NCBI GenBank assembly: GCA_963806225.1
Contig: CAWDXG010000004.1
Coordinates: 4,928,001-4,992,000, forward strand
DNA length: 64,000 nucleotides
Direction: 5' to 3'
From: an uncultured delta proteobacterium
GTDB lineage: Bacteria > Myxococcota_A > Polyangia > Polyangiales > Polyangiaceae
The translations under genes and the position numbers were made by a program. The notes beneath the pieces are model-generated. The model was not told the DNA's origin, made no database searches, and was given only the letters and a program-made list of their open reading frames with translations. This document shows, in pieces, positions 32,038-41,235 of this stretch (positions within the stretch are counted from its first letter, which is position 1; every line of letters starts with the position of its first letter).

Positions 32038-34149
32038 ATGCGTTTCCTTGTCTGCACAAGTGTCGTAGTTTCCGGTTGTCTTCTTCTCGGCTGCGGTTCG
32101 AGCGCGGATTCGAGTCCTGGCGGGGGTGGTACCTCTGGCAACGACGGGGGCATCGAATCCGGCGGTGGCGCAGGGGGAGTCGCGGGAAGCGCGGGCCATG
32201 GCGGCACGGCGGGGACGGGTGCTGCCGCGGGAAGCGGCGGCACGGCGGGAGTGGGGGGAACGGGAGGCACTGGTGGCATGGACGGCGGCGCCGGCGTTGG
32301 GGGCACGGGGGGCGTTTCAGGGTCCGGCGGCACGGCGGGGACTGCCGGGACCGGTGGCACCTCGGGCACGGGCGGTACCGGTGGTACGTCGGGAAGCGGC
32401 GGCACGTCGGGAAGCGGCGGCGCGGGTGGCTCCAGCAGCGTGTGCACCCCCAATTCCACAACGTCCTGCTACACCGGGCCGAACGGCACCGAGGGCGTCG
32501 GCATCTGCGCTGCTGGCACGAAGACCTGCAACAGCGCCGGGACGGGCTACGGCGCGTGTACGGGTGATGTGACCCCCAAGGCGTCGGAGGACTGCACGAC
32601 CGCGGAAGACGACAACTGCAACGGCCAGGCGAACGAGGCATCGGCGGGCTGCGTGTGCCTGCCCGGAACGACGGCGTCCTGCTACACCGGCCCGAACGGC
32701 ACCGAGGGCGTCGGCATCTGCACCGCGGGCACGAAGACCTGCAACAGCGACGGCAAGGGCTACGGCGCCTGCACGGGTGAAGTGACGCCCGCCGCTTCGG
32801 AGGACTGTACGACCTCCGTCGACGACAACTGCAACGGCCAGGTCAACGAGGCCTCGGCGGGTTGCACATGCACTCCCGGCAGCACGCAGTCCTGCTACAG
32901 CGGTCCGAACGGTACGGCGGGCGTGGGCATCTGCAAGGCCGGCACGCAGAAATGCAACACCAGCGGTACGGGCTACGGGGCGTGCACGGGTGAAGTGACG
33001 CCGAAGGCGTCCGAGGACTGCACGACGTCGGTCGACGACAACTGCAACGGCCAGGTGAACGAAGCCTCGGCGGGTTGCGTGTGCAACCCCGGTGCCACGC
33101 AGGCTTGCTACACGGGGCCGAACGGCACCAAGAACGTCGGCATCTGCCATGGCGGGACGCAGACGTGCAACAGTGACGGAAAGGGCTACGGCGCGTGCAC
33201 GGGCGAAGTGACGCCTGCCGCGTCGGAGGATTGTGCGACGTCGGTCGACGACAACTGCAACGGCCAGGTGAACGAAGCCTCGGCGGGTTGCGTGTGCAAC
33301 CCCGGCGCCACGCAGGCTTGCTACACTGGTCCGAATGGCACCGAAAACGTCGGTGTCTGCAAGGGCGGCACGAAGACCTGCAACAGCACCGGCACCGGCT
33401 ACGGCGGCTGCGTCGGCCAGGTGGTTCCGGGCACGGAAAACTGTTCGACCTCGACCGACGATAACTGCGACGGCACCGTCAACGAGCTCTGCACCTACCC
33501 GAACTGCGACGAGATGCACGCCGCCAACCCGCAGCTGGCCGACGGTCTGTACACTATCCATCCGACCGGCGGCGCCATCACCCAGGCCAAGGTCTACTGC
33601 GACATGACCACCGACGGCGGAGGCTGGACGATGATCGGTCGCTCCGCGAATGGCAACACGAACACGAACTGCGCGAACGGCACCAGCGAGACCGCCTCGT
33701 TCGGCTGGATCGTGTCGACGACGGCGACGGTGACAGACTACTACCAGCCGTACTCCCTGAACGTGCGCAAGTCTGATGGAACGAACCTGCAGTTCACCGA
33801 GGTGATGTGGGGCAGCTACACCAAGTTCGCCGGCGGCATTCCGGGCTGGGGCACGGTGGACAGCGCCTACAAGCAGACGGTGGGCGCGAATTTCGTCGGA
33901 AACTACTACGCGGCCCAGAAGGACTGGGGCGCGCCCACCACCTTGAAGGGCACCTGCTCCGGCGCCAACGCTCCGGTCTTGTTCAACTGGTTCGGCCTGG
34001 CGGACATCACCAGCCGCTACCACTTCCGCGATATCGACGACGCGCCCACGGGGCTATACGGCCTCACCGCCAACGGCTGGTACTCCTGCTACGACGACTG
34101 CCGGGGCGGCAACCTGAATACGAAGCCCGGCTGGATCTTCGTGCGCTGA
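32038..34149 (+). CDS. large lipoprotein: Gly-rich linker, five 71-aa Cys-rich repeats, fibrinogen-like C-terminal domain
   Basis: Lipobox LLGC; repeats CYTGPNGT..GIC..GTKTC..DDNCNGQVNE; YCDMTTDGGGWT motif. Confidence 0.85.
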   Translation: MRFLVCTSVVVSGCLLLGCGSSADSSPGGGGTSGNDGGIESGGGAGGVAGSAGHGGTAGTGAAAGSGGTAGVGGTGGTGGMDGGAGVGGTGGVSGSGGTAGTAGTGGTSGTGGTGGTSGSGGTSGSGGAGGSSSVCTPNSTTSCYTGPNGTEGVGICAAGTKTCNSAGTGYGACTGDVTPKASEDCTTAEDDNCNGQANEASAGCVCLPGTTASCYTGPNGTEGVGICTAGTKTCNSDGKGYGACTGEVTPAASEDCTTSVDDNCNGQVNEASAGCTCTPGSTQSCYSGPNGTAGVGICKAGTQKCNTSGTGYGACTGEVTPKASEDCTTSVDDNCNGQVNEASAGCVCNPGATQACYTGPNGTKNVGICHGGTQTCNSDGKGYGACTGEVTPAASEDCATSVDDNCNGQVNEASAGCVCNPGATQACYTGPNGTENVGVCKGGTKTCNSTGTGYGGCVGQVVPGTENCSTSTDDNCDGTVNELCTYPNCDEMHAANPQLADGLYTIHPTGGAITQAKVYCDMTTDGGGWTMIGRSANGNTNTNCANGTSETASFGWIVSTTATVTDYYQPYSLNVRKSDGTNLQFTEVMWGSYTKFAGGIPGWGTVDSAYKQTVGANFVGNYYAAQKDWGAPTTLKGTCSGANAPVLFNWFGLADITSRYHFRDIDDAPTGLYGLTANGWYSCYDDCRGGNLNTKPGWIFVR
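32443..33492 (+). repeat. five intragenic repeats of about 213 bp, 8 Cys each
   Basis: Read directly from the translation of 32038..34149. Confidence 0.9.
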
Positions 34150-34233
34150 GGCGGCAGGCGACAAGCCCGCCCCACATGCGCGCAGCCCACGGGCCCGTGG
34201 ACTAGGCTCGCGGCATGATAGCCGGGGGATGCG

Positions 34234-34446
34234 ATGACCGAAGCCTCGGTGCGCGCCCTCTCGTCGCTACGCGACCTGTCGATGCTGAAGTGGTACGCGG
34301 TCCCGCTGCTAGGCAAAGACGTTGCCGCACTCCTCGTGATCGGAGCCAAGCGCGTGCGCACCAAGGCGATCGCCGTCGGCAACATCTACGGCACGGCCAT
34401 CGCGCTGAACGTGAGCGGCTACGGCGTGATGGGCTGCAACTACTAG
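34234..34446 (+). CDS. small 70-aa peptide, candidate precursor or partner of the downstream radical SAM enzyme
   Basis: High-GC3 coding frame ending ..GNIYGTAIALNVSGYGVMGCNY-stop; true start may be ATG 34215 if the G-run near 34224-34228 has one extra base. Confidence 0.7.
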   Translation: MTEASVRALSSLRDLSMLKWYAVPLLGKDVAALLVIGAKRVRTKAIAVGNIYGTAIALNVSGYGVMGCNY

Positions 34447-34562
34447 CGGACGCCCCCGGCGCTTCCGGGCCGAATCTCCTCCGCATCTGCACCGGATCTG
34501 GCCGGAGCGGCCACATCCGCTGCGCGTGGAGCGCGTTCTCTGTGGTGAAGACCGGAGGACGC

Positions 34563-36014
34563 ATGAAGCTTCGCATTATCGTCTGCTACGTGCCCCGCTA
34601 CAGGCGGGGGCATTTCCTCGATTTCGTGCCGCCGGTGACCGGGATCCACCTGGCGGCGCTGGCTCCGCCGGAATGGGAGGTGGAGGTCGTCCACGAGCAG
34701 GTGCGCCCCGTGCCGATCGAGGACGACGTCGATCTGGTGGCGCTGTCGTTCTTTTCCGGCTTTGCCGATCGCGCCTACGACATCGCCGACGCCTACCGCG
34801 CTCTCGGCGTGCAGGTGGTCGTCGGCGGACCGCACGCGACGTATTGGGTCGACGAGGCGCTCGAGCACGCCGACGCCGTCGTCACCGGCGAGGCCGAGTC
34901 CGTGTTCGGCGAGTTGCTCGGCGACGCCAGCCGCGGCCGCATGCAGCGCGTGTACCGCGGAATGGCGCGACCGCTCACCGGCCTGCCGACGCCGCGCTAC
35001 GACCTGCTCGAGAGCCGTTTCGTGGTGCGCCGCGTGATCCAGGCGACTCGCGGCTGCCCGTTCTCGTGCAGCTTCTGTTCCGTGCCCGATCTCAACCCGG
35101 GCTTCCGCACGCGGCCCGTCGACGACGTGATCCGCGACATCGAGAGCAGCCGGTTCGCTTTGCCGTGGCAGGACCGCGTGTGCTGGTTCTGGGACGACAA
35201 CCTGCTCGTCCAGCGTCGCTGGGCGAAAGAGTTGCTCGGCCGCCTTGCGGGGCTCGACCGCTGGTGGCTCACGCAGGCCTCGATCGATATCGTGAAGGAC
35301 GACGAGCTGATGCGCCTGATGGAACGCTCCGGGTGCATCGGCATCTTTCTCGGGATCGAGAGCTTCGACCGACAGACGCTGCACGAGGCGGGAAAGCGCC
35401 AGAACCACGTGGAGCGCTATCGCGACGCGGTCGAGCGCCTCCACGATCGTGGCATCTCGGTGATGGCAGGATTCATCGCCGGCTTCGACAACCAGACCGC
35501 AGCCGACGTCGTCGAGATGGCCGACCACATCGACTCGCTTGGATTCGACGTGCCGTTCCTCAGCGTTCTGACGCCGTTCCGCGGAACCCCGCTCTACGAC
35601 CAGATGCTGCGCGAAGGGCGGATCCGGCGCGAAGTCGGCTGGAACCACTACAACGGCTACAACGTCGCCTTCCACCCGGCGCGCATGCGCGCCGACGAGC
35701 TCCGGCTCGCGCATCGCCGCCTGTGGCAGCGCGCCTTCGCTCCCTCCGCGGTCGCTTCACGCCTGGCCCGCGCGGCGCGCCAGCTCCGTGCCGGCGCCGC
35801 GATGCTCTCCGCCGCGATGAACGGCTTCTACGGTTTCAAGCGCGTGACCGGCAACCTGCCCGCGGATGCGACGCGCGGCGGCCGCTTCGTCGCGCATCCG
35901 GATGTCGTCGACGGCCCCGGCGTTCGCTGCCGACGCCACCCTTCCGTGCGCCGCACCGAAGCCGTAGACTGCGCGTCATGCGAGTCAAGGGCACGGCGTA
36001 CTACGCGCGGATGA
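34563..36014 (+). CDS. B12-binding domain radical SAM enzyme
   Basis: RBS GGAGGA; N-terminal cobalamin-binding fold (GGPHAT, GEAE), TRGCPFSCSFC, DDN, GIES and LTPFRGTPLY; real stop probably TAG at 35965-35967 after a 1-nt indel near 35917. Confidence 0.9.
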   Translation: MKLRIIVCYVPRYRRGHFLDFVPPVTGIHLAALAPPEWEVEVVHEQVRPVPIEDDVDLVALSFFSGFADRAYDIADAYRALGVQVVVGGPHATYWVDEALEHADAVVTGEAESVFGELLGDASRGRMQRVYRGMARPLTGLPTPRYDLLESRFVVRRVIQATRGCPFSCSFCSVPDLNPGFRTRPVDDVIRDIESSRFALPWQDRVCWFWDDNLLVQRRWAKELLGRLAGLDRWWLTQASIDIVKDDELMRLMERSGCIGIFLGIESFDRQTLHEAGKRQNHVERYRDAVERLHDRGISVMAGFIAGFDNQTAADVVEMADHIDSLGFDVPFLSVLTPFRGTPLYDQMLREGRIRREVGWNHYNGYNVAFHPARMRADELRLAHRRLWQRAFAPSAVASRLARAARQLRAGAAMLSAAMNGFYGFKRVTGNLPADATRGGRFVAHPDVVDGPGVRCRRHPSVRRTEAVDCASCESRARRTTRG

Positions 36015-36532
36015 ACCTCCTTCGCGCCAAGCTGGGCGATGCCGGTGTGGAGCAGTTCATGAAAGCGTTCCTCGACCAGCACGCCTCCTTCCCCCGCGAC
36101 GTGCTGGCGACGACGTGGCTCCCCGCCGAGGACTTCCTCGAGCTCATCGACGCCGTCGTCGAAGGGCCGTACAAAGGCGACACACAATCGCTCTGGGAGA
36201 TCGGCGAGGCGAGCGCCGCCTGGACGCTCAAGGAGGGGCCGTACAGGAACCTGCTCGAGACGGGCGACGTGCGCCGCTTCGGTGGGCTTGCGAACGTGAT
36301 GTACGCGAACTTCTTCGACACCGGACGTGCGCGCTCGGAGTACCGCGACCAGTTCGTCGAGTTGTGGATCGACGGTATCCCCGCGCCGCTCAGGCACCTG
36401 TATTTCGAGTATTCGCTGGTCGGCTACTTCCGGCGTGGCCTCGAACTGCTCGGCGCGAAGGTGCGCCTCGAGTGCGTCCGGGGGTTCTCCAGGGGCGACG
36501 CGAGGGTGCACTACCGCTTGCATCTGGAGTGA
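35978..36532 (+). CDS. DUF2378/TIGR02265-like myxobacterial protein
   Basis: MRVKG..LATTWLP..F..L..G....A..GPY..YANFFDTG..GYFRRGLEL.G..C..GD pattern. Confidence 0.6.
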   Translation: MRVKGTAYYARMNLLRAKLGDAGVEQFMKAFLDQHASFPRDVLATTWLPAEDFLELIDAVVEGPYKGDTQSLWEIGEASAAWTLKEGPYRNLLETGDVRRFGGLANVMYANFFDTGRARSEYRDQFVELWIDGIPAPLRHLYFEYSLVGYFRRGLELLGAKVRLECVRGFSRGDARVHYRLHLE

Positions 36533-36747
36533 GCGGCGCCGCCGCTCCGTGTGCTATCGCCGGGCGGCGCTGTGCGGGATGACAACGTGCGCCGGGGACG
36601 CTTCGGCTCTGATACAGTGGATAGCTGACGTGTCGGTGGCATCTCTGGGCATCCCCGCCGCTTCGCGGCGACGGGGCCCCGCGTCAGTGCGAGCGGGGAC
36701 GAGCCCTATGCCGATTCCTCTGATGCGCCTTGGCACTGGAGGACCGG

Positions 36748-38163
36748 ATGCTGACCCTTGAACGGAAATTCGTCGGGCTCGCGCTCTTGAGCGCAGTGCT
36801 TCTGGCGTTGGCGGGCTGCGGCAGTCCGGACCTCGAAGAGCCGCTCGGCATGTCGCGCCAGCGCGTCTCGGCGCCGCTGGCTTCGGCGTACTGCAACATC
36901 GTCGTGAGCGGCTACGGCACCAAGGCGACGGAGACCGACTACATCCCTAAGGTGATCACGTGCGAGGACGGCGGCGCGAATATCGAGGCGCTCCGGGCGC
37001 AGGCGATCGCCGCGCGTTCGGTCGCGTACTACGCCATGGCGACCAAGAAATCGATCTGCGGCAACTCGGGCTGCCAGGTGTACGGCTGCAGCGCGACGCC
37101 GAGCGCGAAGGCCATCCAGGCCGCCAAGGACACGGCCGGGATGTACCTGTCGTACGGCGGGATGCTCACCTACGGGTTCTTCGTCGCGGGGGACTCGAAG
37201 ACGTCGCCGCCGTCCTGCCACGGCAGCGGCGGCGGCACCGAGAGCTACGTCACCTACAATGAAGGGCTGAGCGGCACGGCGGTGCACCAGACGACGCTGG
37301 GCTACGTCGGTCCGCCGGGCTACGGGCAGAACCGCGGCTGCATGAGCCAGTGGGGCGGGCGCTGCCTCGAGAACAGCAACGGCTACGGCTACAAGAAGAT
37401 CCTGCAGTTCTACTACGGCGCCGATATCAAGATCCTGCAGGCCAGCGGATCGTGCGTGCAGGAGCCGAGCTATGCCGCGACGTTCGTCGACCAGTCGTTC
37501 CCGTTCGCCTCGACGGCGCTGACCATGACGACGGGCCAGACGATTCCCGGGTACATCACGCTCAAGAACACGGGCAGCAAGGCCTGGGATTCGAACACGC
37601 GGCTCGGCACCACCAAGCCGCGGGACCGATCGAGCGCGTTCGCCGATTCCAGCTGGCTCTCGCCGAACAGGCCCGCCGGCGTGAGCGGCAGCGTCGCGCC
37701 GGGCCAGAGCCACAAGTTCTCGTTCAATCTGCACGCGCCGAACAAGACGGGCACGTACTTCGAGTATTTCGGTGTGCTGGAAGAAGGCGTGGCCTGGTTC
37801 AGCGACGCGGGCCAGGGCGGGCCTCCGGACGACCAGCTCGAGGTGCAGATCAAGGTGGTGCAGGGCACGGGCAGTGGCGGCAGTGGCGGCACGCCGGGCA
37901 GCGGCGGTACGGGTAGCGGCGGCACGCCGGGCAGCGGTGGCACGCCGGGCAGCGGCGGCAGCGCCGGATCGGTCGCTACGGGCGGCTCCTCGTTCGGCGG
38001 TTCCGGCGCCGGCGGGGCGGGCGGCAGCAACCGCGAGCAGTCGCACGCGCTCGGCGACAACAGCGGCGGGTGCGGCTGTCGCACGTCGCCGGCGCGTTCG
38101 CCCTCGGGCGCCGTCGGCCTGCTGCTCTTCCTCGGTCTGTGGTGGCGCCGCCGCGCAACGTGA
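36748..38163 (+). CDS. SpoIID/LytB-like domain plus Ig-like (NBR1-type) domain, MYXO-CTERM anchored lipoprotein
   Basis: Lipobox LAGC; EALRAQAIAARS, CQVY, GCMSQWG and YKKILQFYY; LKNTGSKAW..VAPGQ; C-terminal GGCGCR..LLLFLGLWWRRR. Confidence 0.8.
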   Translation: MLTLERKFVGLALLSAVLLALAGCGSPDLEEPLGMSRQRVSAPLASAYCNIVVSGYGTKATETDYIPKVITCEDGGANIEALRAQAIAARSVAYYAMATKKSICGNSGCQVYGCSATPSAKAIQAAKDTAGMYLSYGGMLTYGFFVAGDSKTSPPSCHGSGGGTESYVTYNEGLSGTAVHQTTLGYVGPPGYGQNRGCMSQWGGRCLENSNGYGYKKILQFYYGADIKILQASGSCVQEPSYAATFVDQSFPFASTALTMTTGQTIPGYITLKNTGSKAWDSNTRLGTTKPRDRSSAFADSSWLSPNRPAGVSGSVAPGQSHKFSFNLHAPNKTGTYFEYFGVLEEGVAWFSDAGQGGPPDDQLEVQIKVVQGTGSGGSGGTPGSGGTGSGGTPGSGGTPGSGGSAGSVATGGSSFGGSGAGGAGGSNREQSHALGDNSGGCGCRTSPARSPSGAVGLLLFLGLWWRRRAT

Positions 38164-38205
38164 TCGGGTCGCGGCGGCGTAGCGCGGGCCCGGCGGGCGA
38201 CGGCG

Positions 38206-38388
38206 CTACTTCTTGGTCCCCGTGTATCTGCAGCTCATGCCGCCACCCTGGCAATCCGCGGTGAGCCCGCTGCTCGTGAAGACGAGGGTACAGGTGCCCT
38301 GCGGCATCGATACCGTGCCGTGACCGCTCGCGTCGATCGTTGCTGAAAACGTCCCGGGGCCGCACGGGACAAGAGCGGCGCGTGCCAC
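38206..38388 (-). pseudogene. possible C-terminal gene remnant
   Basis: Coding-like tail ..GTCTLVFTSSGLTADCQGGGMSCRYTGTKK-stop with no convincing start or signal peptide. Confidence 0.3.
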
Positions 38389-38475
38389 GACCAGTGCGTC
38401 GCTGGTGTAAGCTGTCCCGCGCCGCCCTGCGCCGCGTCGGACGGAGGGTAGGCAATGGCTGGGAGGATAGAAACG

Positions 38476-38985
38476 ATGACGATGAAGAAACTGTGGATGG
38501 GCCTGGCAACAGCACTCGTGGTGGCCGCCTGCAGCTCGAGCAACAGCGGTAGCCAGGGCTCGACCAAGGCGTGTTCGGACCTGGCCGCCAAGTGCCCGTA
38601 CTGCACCTTGCCGAGTCTGAAATCGACCTGCGATTCAGCGGTCGCCTCGCAGGACCCGTCGTCCTGCCAGGACGGCCTGAACGATCACGACATCCAGACG
38701 AACTGCGTCAACCATGGGGGCAGCGGCGGCAGCTCCGGGAGCGGGGGTTCGAGCAGCGGAGGCAGCTCGGGAGGCACCGGCTGCGCTTCGCTCTGCTCGC
38801 ACGCGGGGACGGAGACGTCTCAGCAGGCGCAGTGCGTCGCCGCCCGGGCCATCTCGCTCGGCTACGACTGGACCAGCAACTCGACGTGCATGGCCATCAC
38901 GACGCCGAGCAAGTGCAACTCCTGCGCGAGCGACCTCAAAATGACCAACCCGGATTGCACCTCCGTGGAGAACGCCTGCTTCTGA
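38476..38985 (+). CDS. Cys-rich lipoprotein
   Basis: RBS GGAGG, lipobox VAAC, two Cys-rich modules separated by a Gly/Ser linker. Confidence 0.75.
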   Translation: MTMKKLWMGLATALVVAACSSSNSGSQGSTKACSDLAAKCPYCTLPSLKSTCDSAVASQDPSSCQDGLNDHDIQTNCVNHGGSGGSSGSGGSSSGGSSGGTGCASLCSHAGTETSQQAQCVAARAISLGYDWTSNSTCMAITTPSKCNSCASDLKMTNPDCTSVENACF

Positions 38986-39316
38986 GCGGCTTCCCGCGCC
39001 CGCTCTGACCTTTGCACCGGGTGGGCAGCCGCCCGCGCCTGCCCACCCGGGCAGCACATACCGAAACCGAACCGGAGCCAAGGCAAGGGAGGCGCTGTAC
39101 AGCTTCCAGCCGCCTCTGGTCGTGGACAACACGAACAAGGGCGACGCCTGGATCTGCTTCGACCGGCCGCGGCATGCCCGGCGTCCAGCTTCGCGACGGA
39201 AGGTTGGGACCGAGGAGGCATCCACTTCCCCTACGTCTTTCCGACTACGGTCGGCGGACCCGCCGCGAAGATCGCCTTGGTTGTGGCGAGCGGCACTAGC
39301 GGAAACCGGGCAGCGC

Positions 39317-40183
39317 TCAGCCCCGCACCAGCGCCTGCACAGATGCTTCAACATGTCGGAGCGACGCCTCGAGGTCCGCGGCATCGACCTTGATGGGCTC
39401 GCCGATGCGCATGCGGATCTTCCAGGGCACCCAGGGCAAAAACACGAACGGCGAGCCGAGCCACAGCCAGACCAGCACGATGCGGAGCGGCCAGCCGACA
39501 GGTGCGAGCATCAGGATCGCGACGGCGCCGAGCGCGCCGAGCAGCGAGACGGCCCAGCGCTTCTGTCCGAGCAGGCGCGGCAGCACGAGCAGGTTGGCGA
39601 GCGCGCGCGACCGGAACAGGACGGGCGCGGTGAAGTGCGCGCCGCGGATCCCCATCGGAACGATCGGCACGCCGTGCTCGCGCGCGATCTTCAGAAAGCC
39701 GGTGCGACCGCCGAAGTCGACCCGATAGGCCTGCCAGATAGGGCGTAGCGTCTCGTGATCTCCACCGGGAAAGACCAGGATCGGCACGCCCTCGTCGAGC
39801 GTCGCGGCGGCCGCCTGGTAGCTGGACGGAATGGCGCCGGCCGCGCGCAGCAGGCTCGACACCGGCTGCACGTGGAACCCGAGCGGCAGAGCAAAGCCCG
39901 CGAGCGGCCGCTCGGGGCCGATCTGATGCAGGTAGAGCGCGAGGAAGCTGCCGATCTCGGCGATGCCGAGACCGGCGGAGTGGTTGGCGACGAGCAGGAA
40001 GGGGCGCCCCTCCGGCAGGTGCCCGGTGCCCTCCAGGGTTGCCCGGAACAGGAGCCGCGCGAGCGGCAAGAGCACGCGCTCCGACAGCCGGACCAGCCAC
40101 GGCGACGGGCGCCCGGGGTGGTCGACCTCGACGCCGTCGGCCCAGTCGCCGGCATGTCGAGTGAAGAGACCCGAGCGTGGCAC
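39317..40183 (-). CDS. lysophospholipid/glycerol acyltransferase (PlsC/DGAT-like)
   Basis: LVANHSAG, VFPGG, GFLKIA..GVPIVP and IGEPI. Confidence 0.85.
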   Translation of the reverse strand: MPRSGLFTRHAGDWADGVEVDHPGRPSPWLVRLSERVLLPLARLLFRATLEGTGHLPEGRPFLLVANHSAGLGIAEIGSFLALYLHQIGPERPLAGFALPLGFHVQPVSSLLRAAGAIPSSYQAAAATLDEGVPILVFPGGDHETLRPIWQAYRVDFGGRTGFLKIAREHGVPIVPMGIRGAHFTAPVLFRSRALANLLVLPRLLGQKRWAVSLLGALGAVAILMLAPVGWPLRIVLVWLWLGSPFVFLPWVPWKIRMRIGEPIKVDAADLEASLRHVEASVQALVRG

Positions 40184-40269
40184 GCCATGATCTTCGCACC
40201 AATCGGCGGCCGCCGCATCGACGCTCTGCTCTCGACAGTATCTAGCGCGGGTTGCATGCTCGCTCTCCG

Positions 40270-41196
40270 ATGAGCGTTCCCGCCGTCTCAGCGCTCGAAG
40301 CGCTGCTCCGTCCGCGAGCGCGTCACGACAACGACGTGAGCACCTGGCGCGATCTCGACTGGGCGCGCGCGGGAGTCGAGCTGCCGGCGGGGCTGGAGCT
40401 GGAATGGCTGGGGACGGCGGGGTTCCGGCTCTCGCATAGCGGGTTCGACCTCCTGATCGAGCCGTATGTGTCGCGTCGGCCGCTCCGCGCGATGCTGCCG
40501 CAGAGGGCGCTGCTCTCCGACCCGGAGCTGCTCGCGCGCTTCGTGCCGCACGCCGGCGCGGTGCTCGTCGGCCACACGCATTTCGATCACGCCGTGGACG
40601 TGCCGGCGCTCGCCCGACGCGACGGGTGCAAGGTGTACGGCTCGCACTCGCTCCGCACGCTGATGGGCCTGTACGGTCTTGCCGAGCAGAGCGTGGCGGT
40701 CGAGCCGGGGCGCATCTACGAGATCGGACCGTTCGAAGTGACCTTCGTGGAGTCCCTGCACTCGAAGCTCACGCTGGGCCTGGCCGTCCCTGCGGGCGGC
40801 GAGCTCACCTGCGATCACCTCGACGATCTGTCCGCGGGTCGCTACCGCTCGGGACAGGTGTTCGGCATCCACATCGCCGTGGCAGGCGTGACGTTCTACC
40901 ACCAGGGCAGCGCGAACCTGATCGATGAGCGCGTGGTGCATCGCGGCGTCGACTACTTCCTCGCGGGCATCGCGGGGCGCGGTTTCACGCCGCGCTATGC
41001 CGAGCGCATCCTGTCCCGTCTCGAGCCGCGTATCGTCATCCCCCAGCACTTCGACGACTTCTTCCGTCCGCTGGAAAAGGAGCTGGGCTTCTCGCTCAAC
41101 GTGAACCTGGGCGGCTTCGTGGAAGAGGTCCGCCGGGTCTCGAGCGACTTCTCCGTGCGCACGCTCAGGCCCGCCAACGCGGTATCGCGCGCGTAG
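40270..41196 (+). CDS. MBL-fold metallo-hydrolase
   Basis: WLGTAGF, GHTHFDHAVD, SLHS and IPQHFDDF. Confidence 0.85.
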   Translation: MSVPAVSALEALLRPRARHDNDVSTWRDLDWARAGVELPAGLELEWLGTAGFRLSHSGFDLLIEPYVSRRPLRAMLPQRALLSDPELLARFVPHAGAVLVGHTHFDHAVDVPALARRDGCKVYGSHSLRTLMGLYGLAEQSVAVEPGRIYEIGPFEVTFVESLHSKLTLGLAVPAGGELTCDHLDDLSAGRYRSGQVFGIHIAVAGVTFYHQGSANLIDERVVHRGVDYFLAGIAGRGFTPRYAERILSRLEPRIVIPQHFDDFFRPLEKELGFSLNVNLGGFVEEVRRVSSDFSVRTLRPANAVSRA

Positions 41197-41235
41197 CCGG
41201 GGAAGAACGCGGGGAGGGCGACCGTACGAAGAGCC

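Noticed and set aside
34215..34562. 116-aa N-terminal extension of the radical SAM enzyme, as in the ORF track
   Set aside because: The extension is Arg-rich shadow-frame sequence; the overlapping frame encodes the well-formed peptide, and ATG 34563 has a strong GGAGGA RBS
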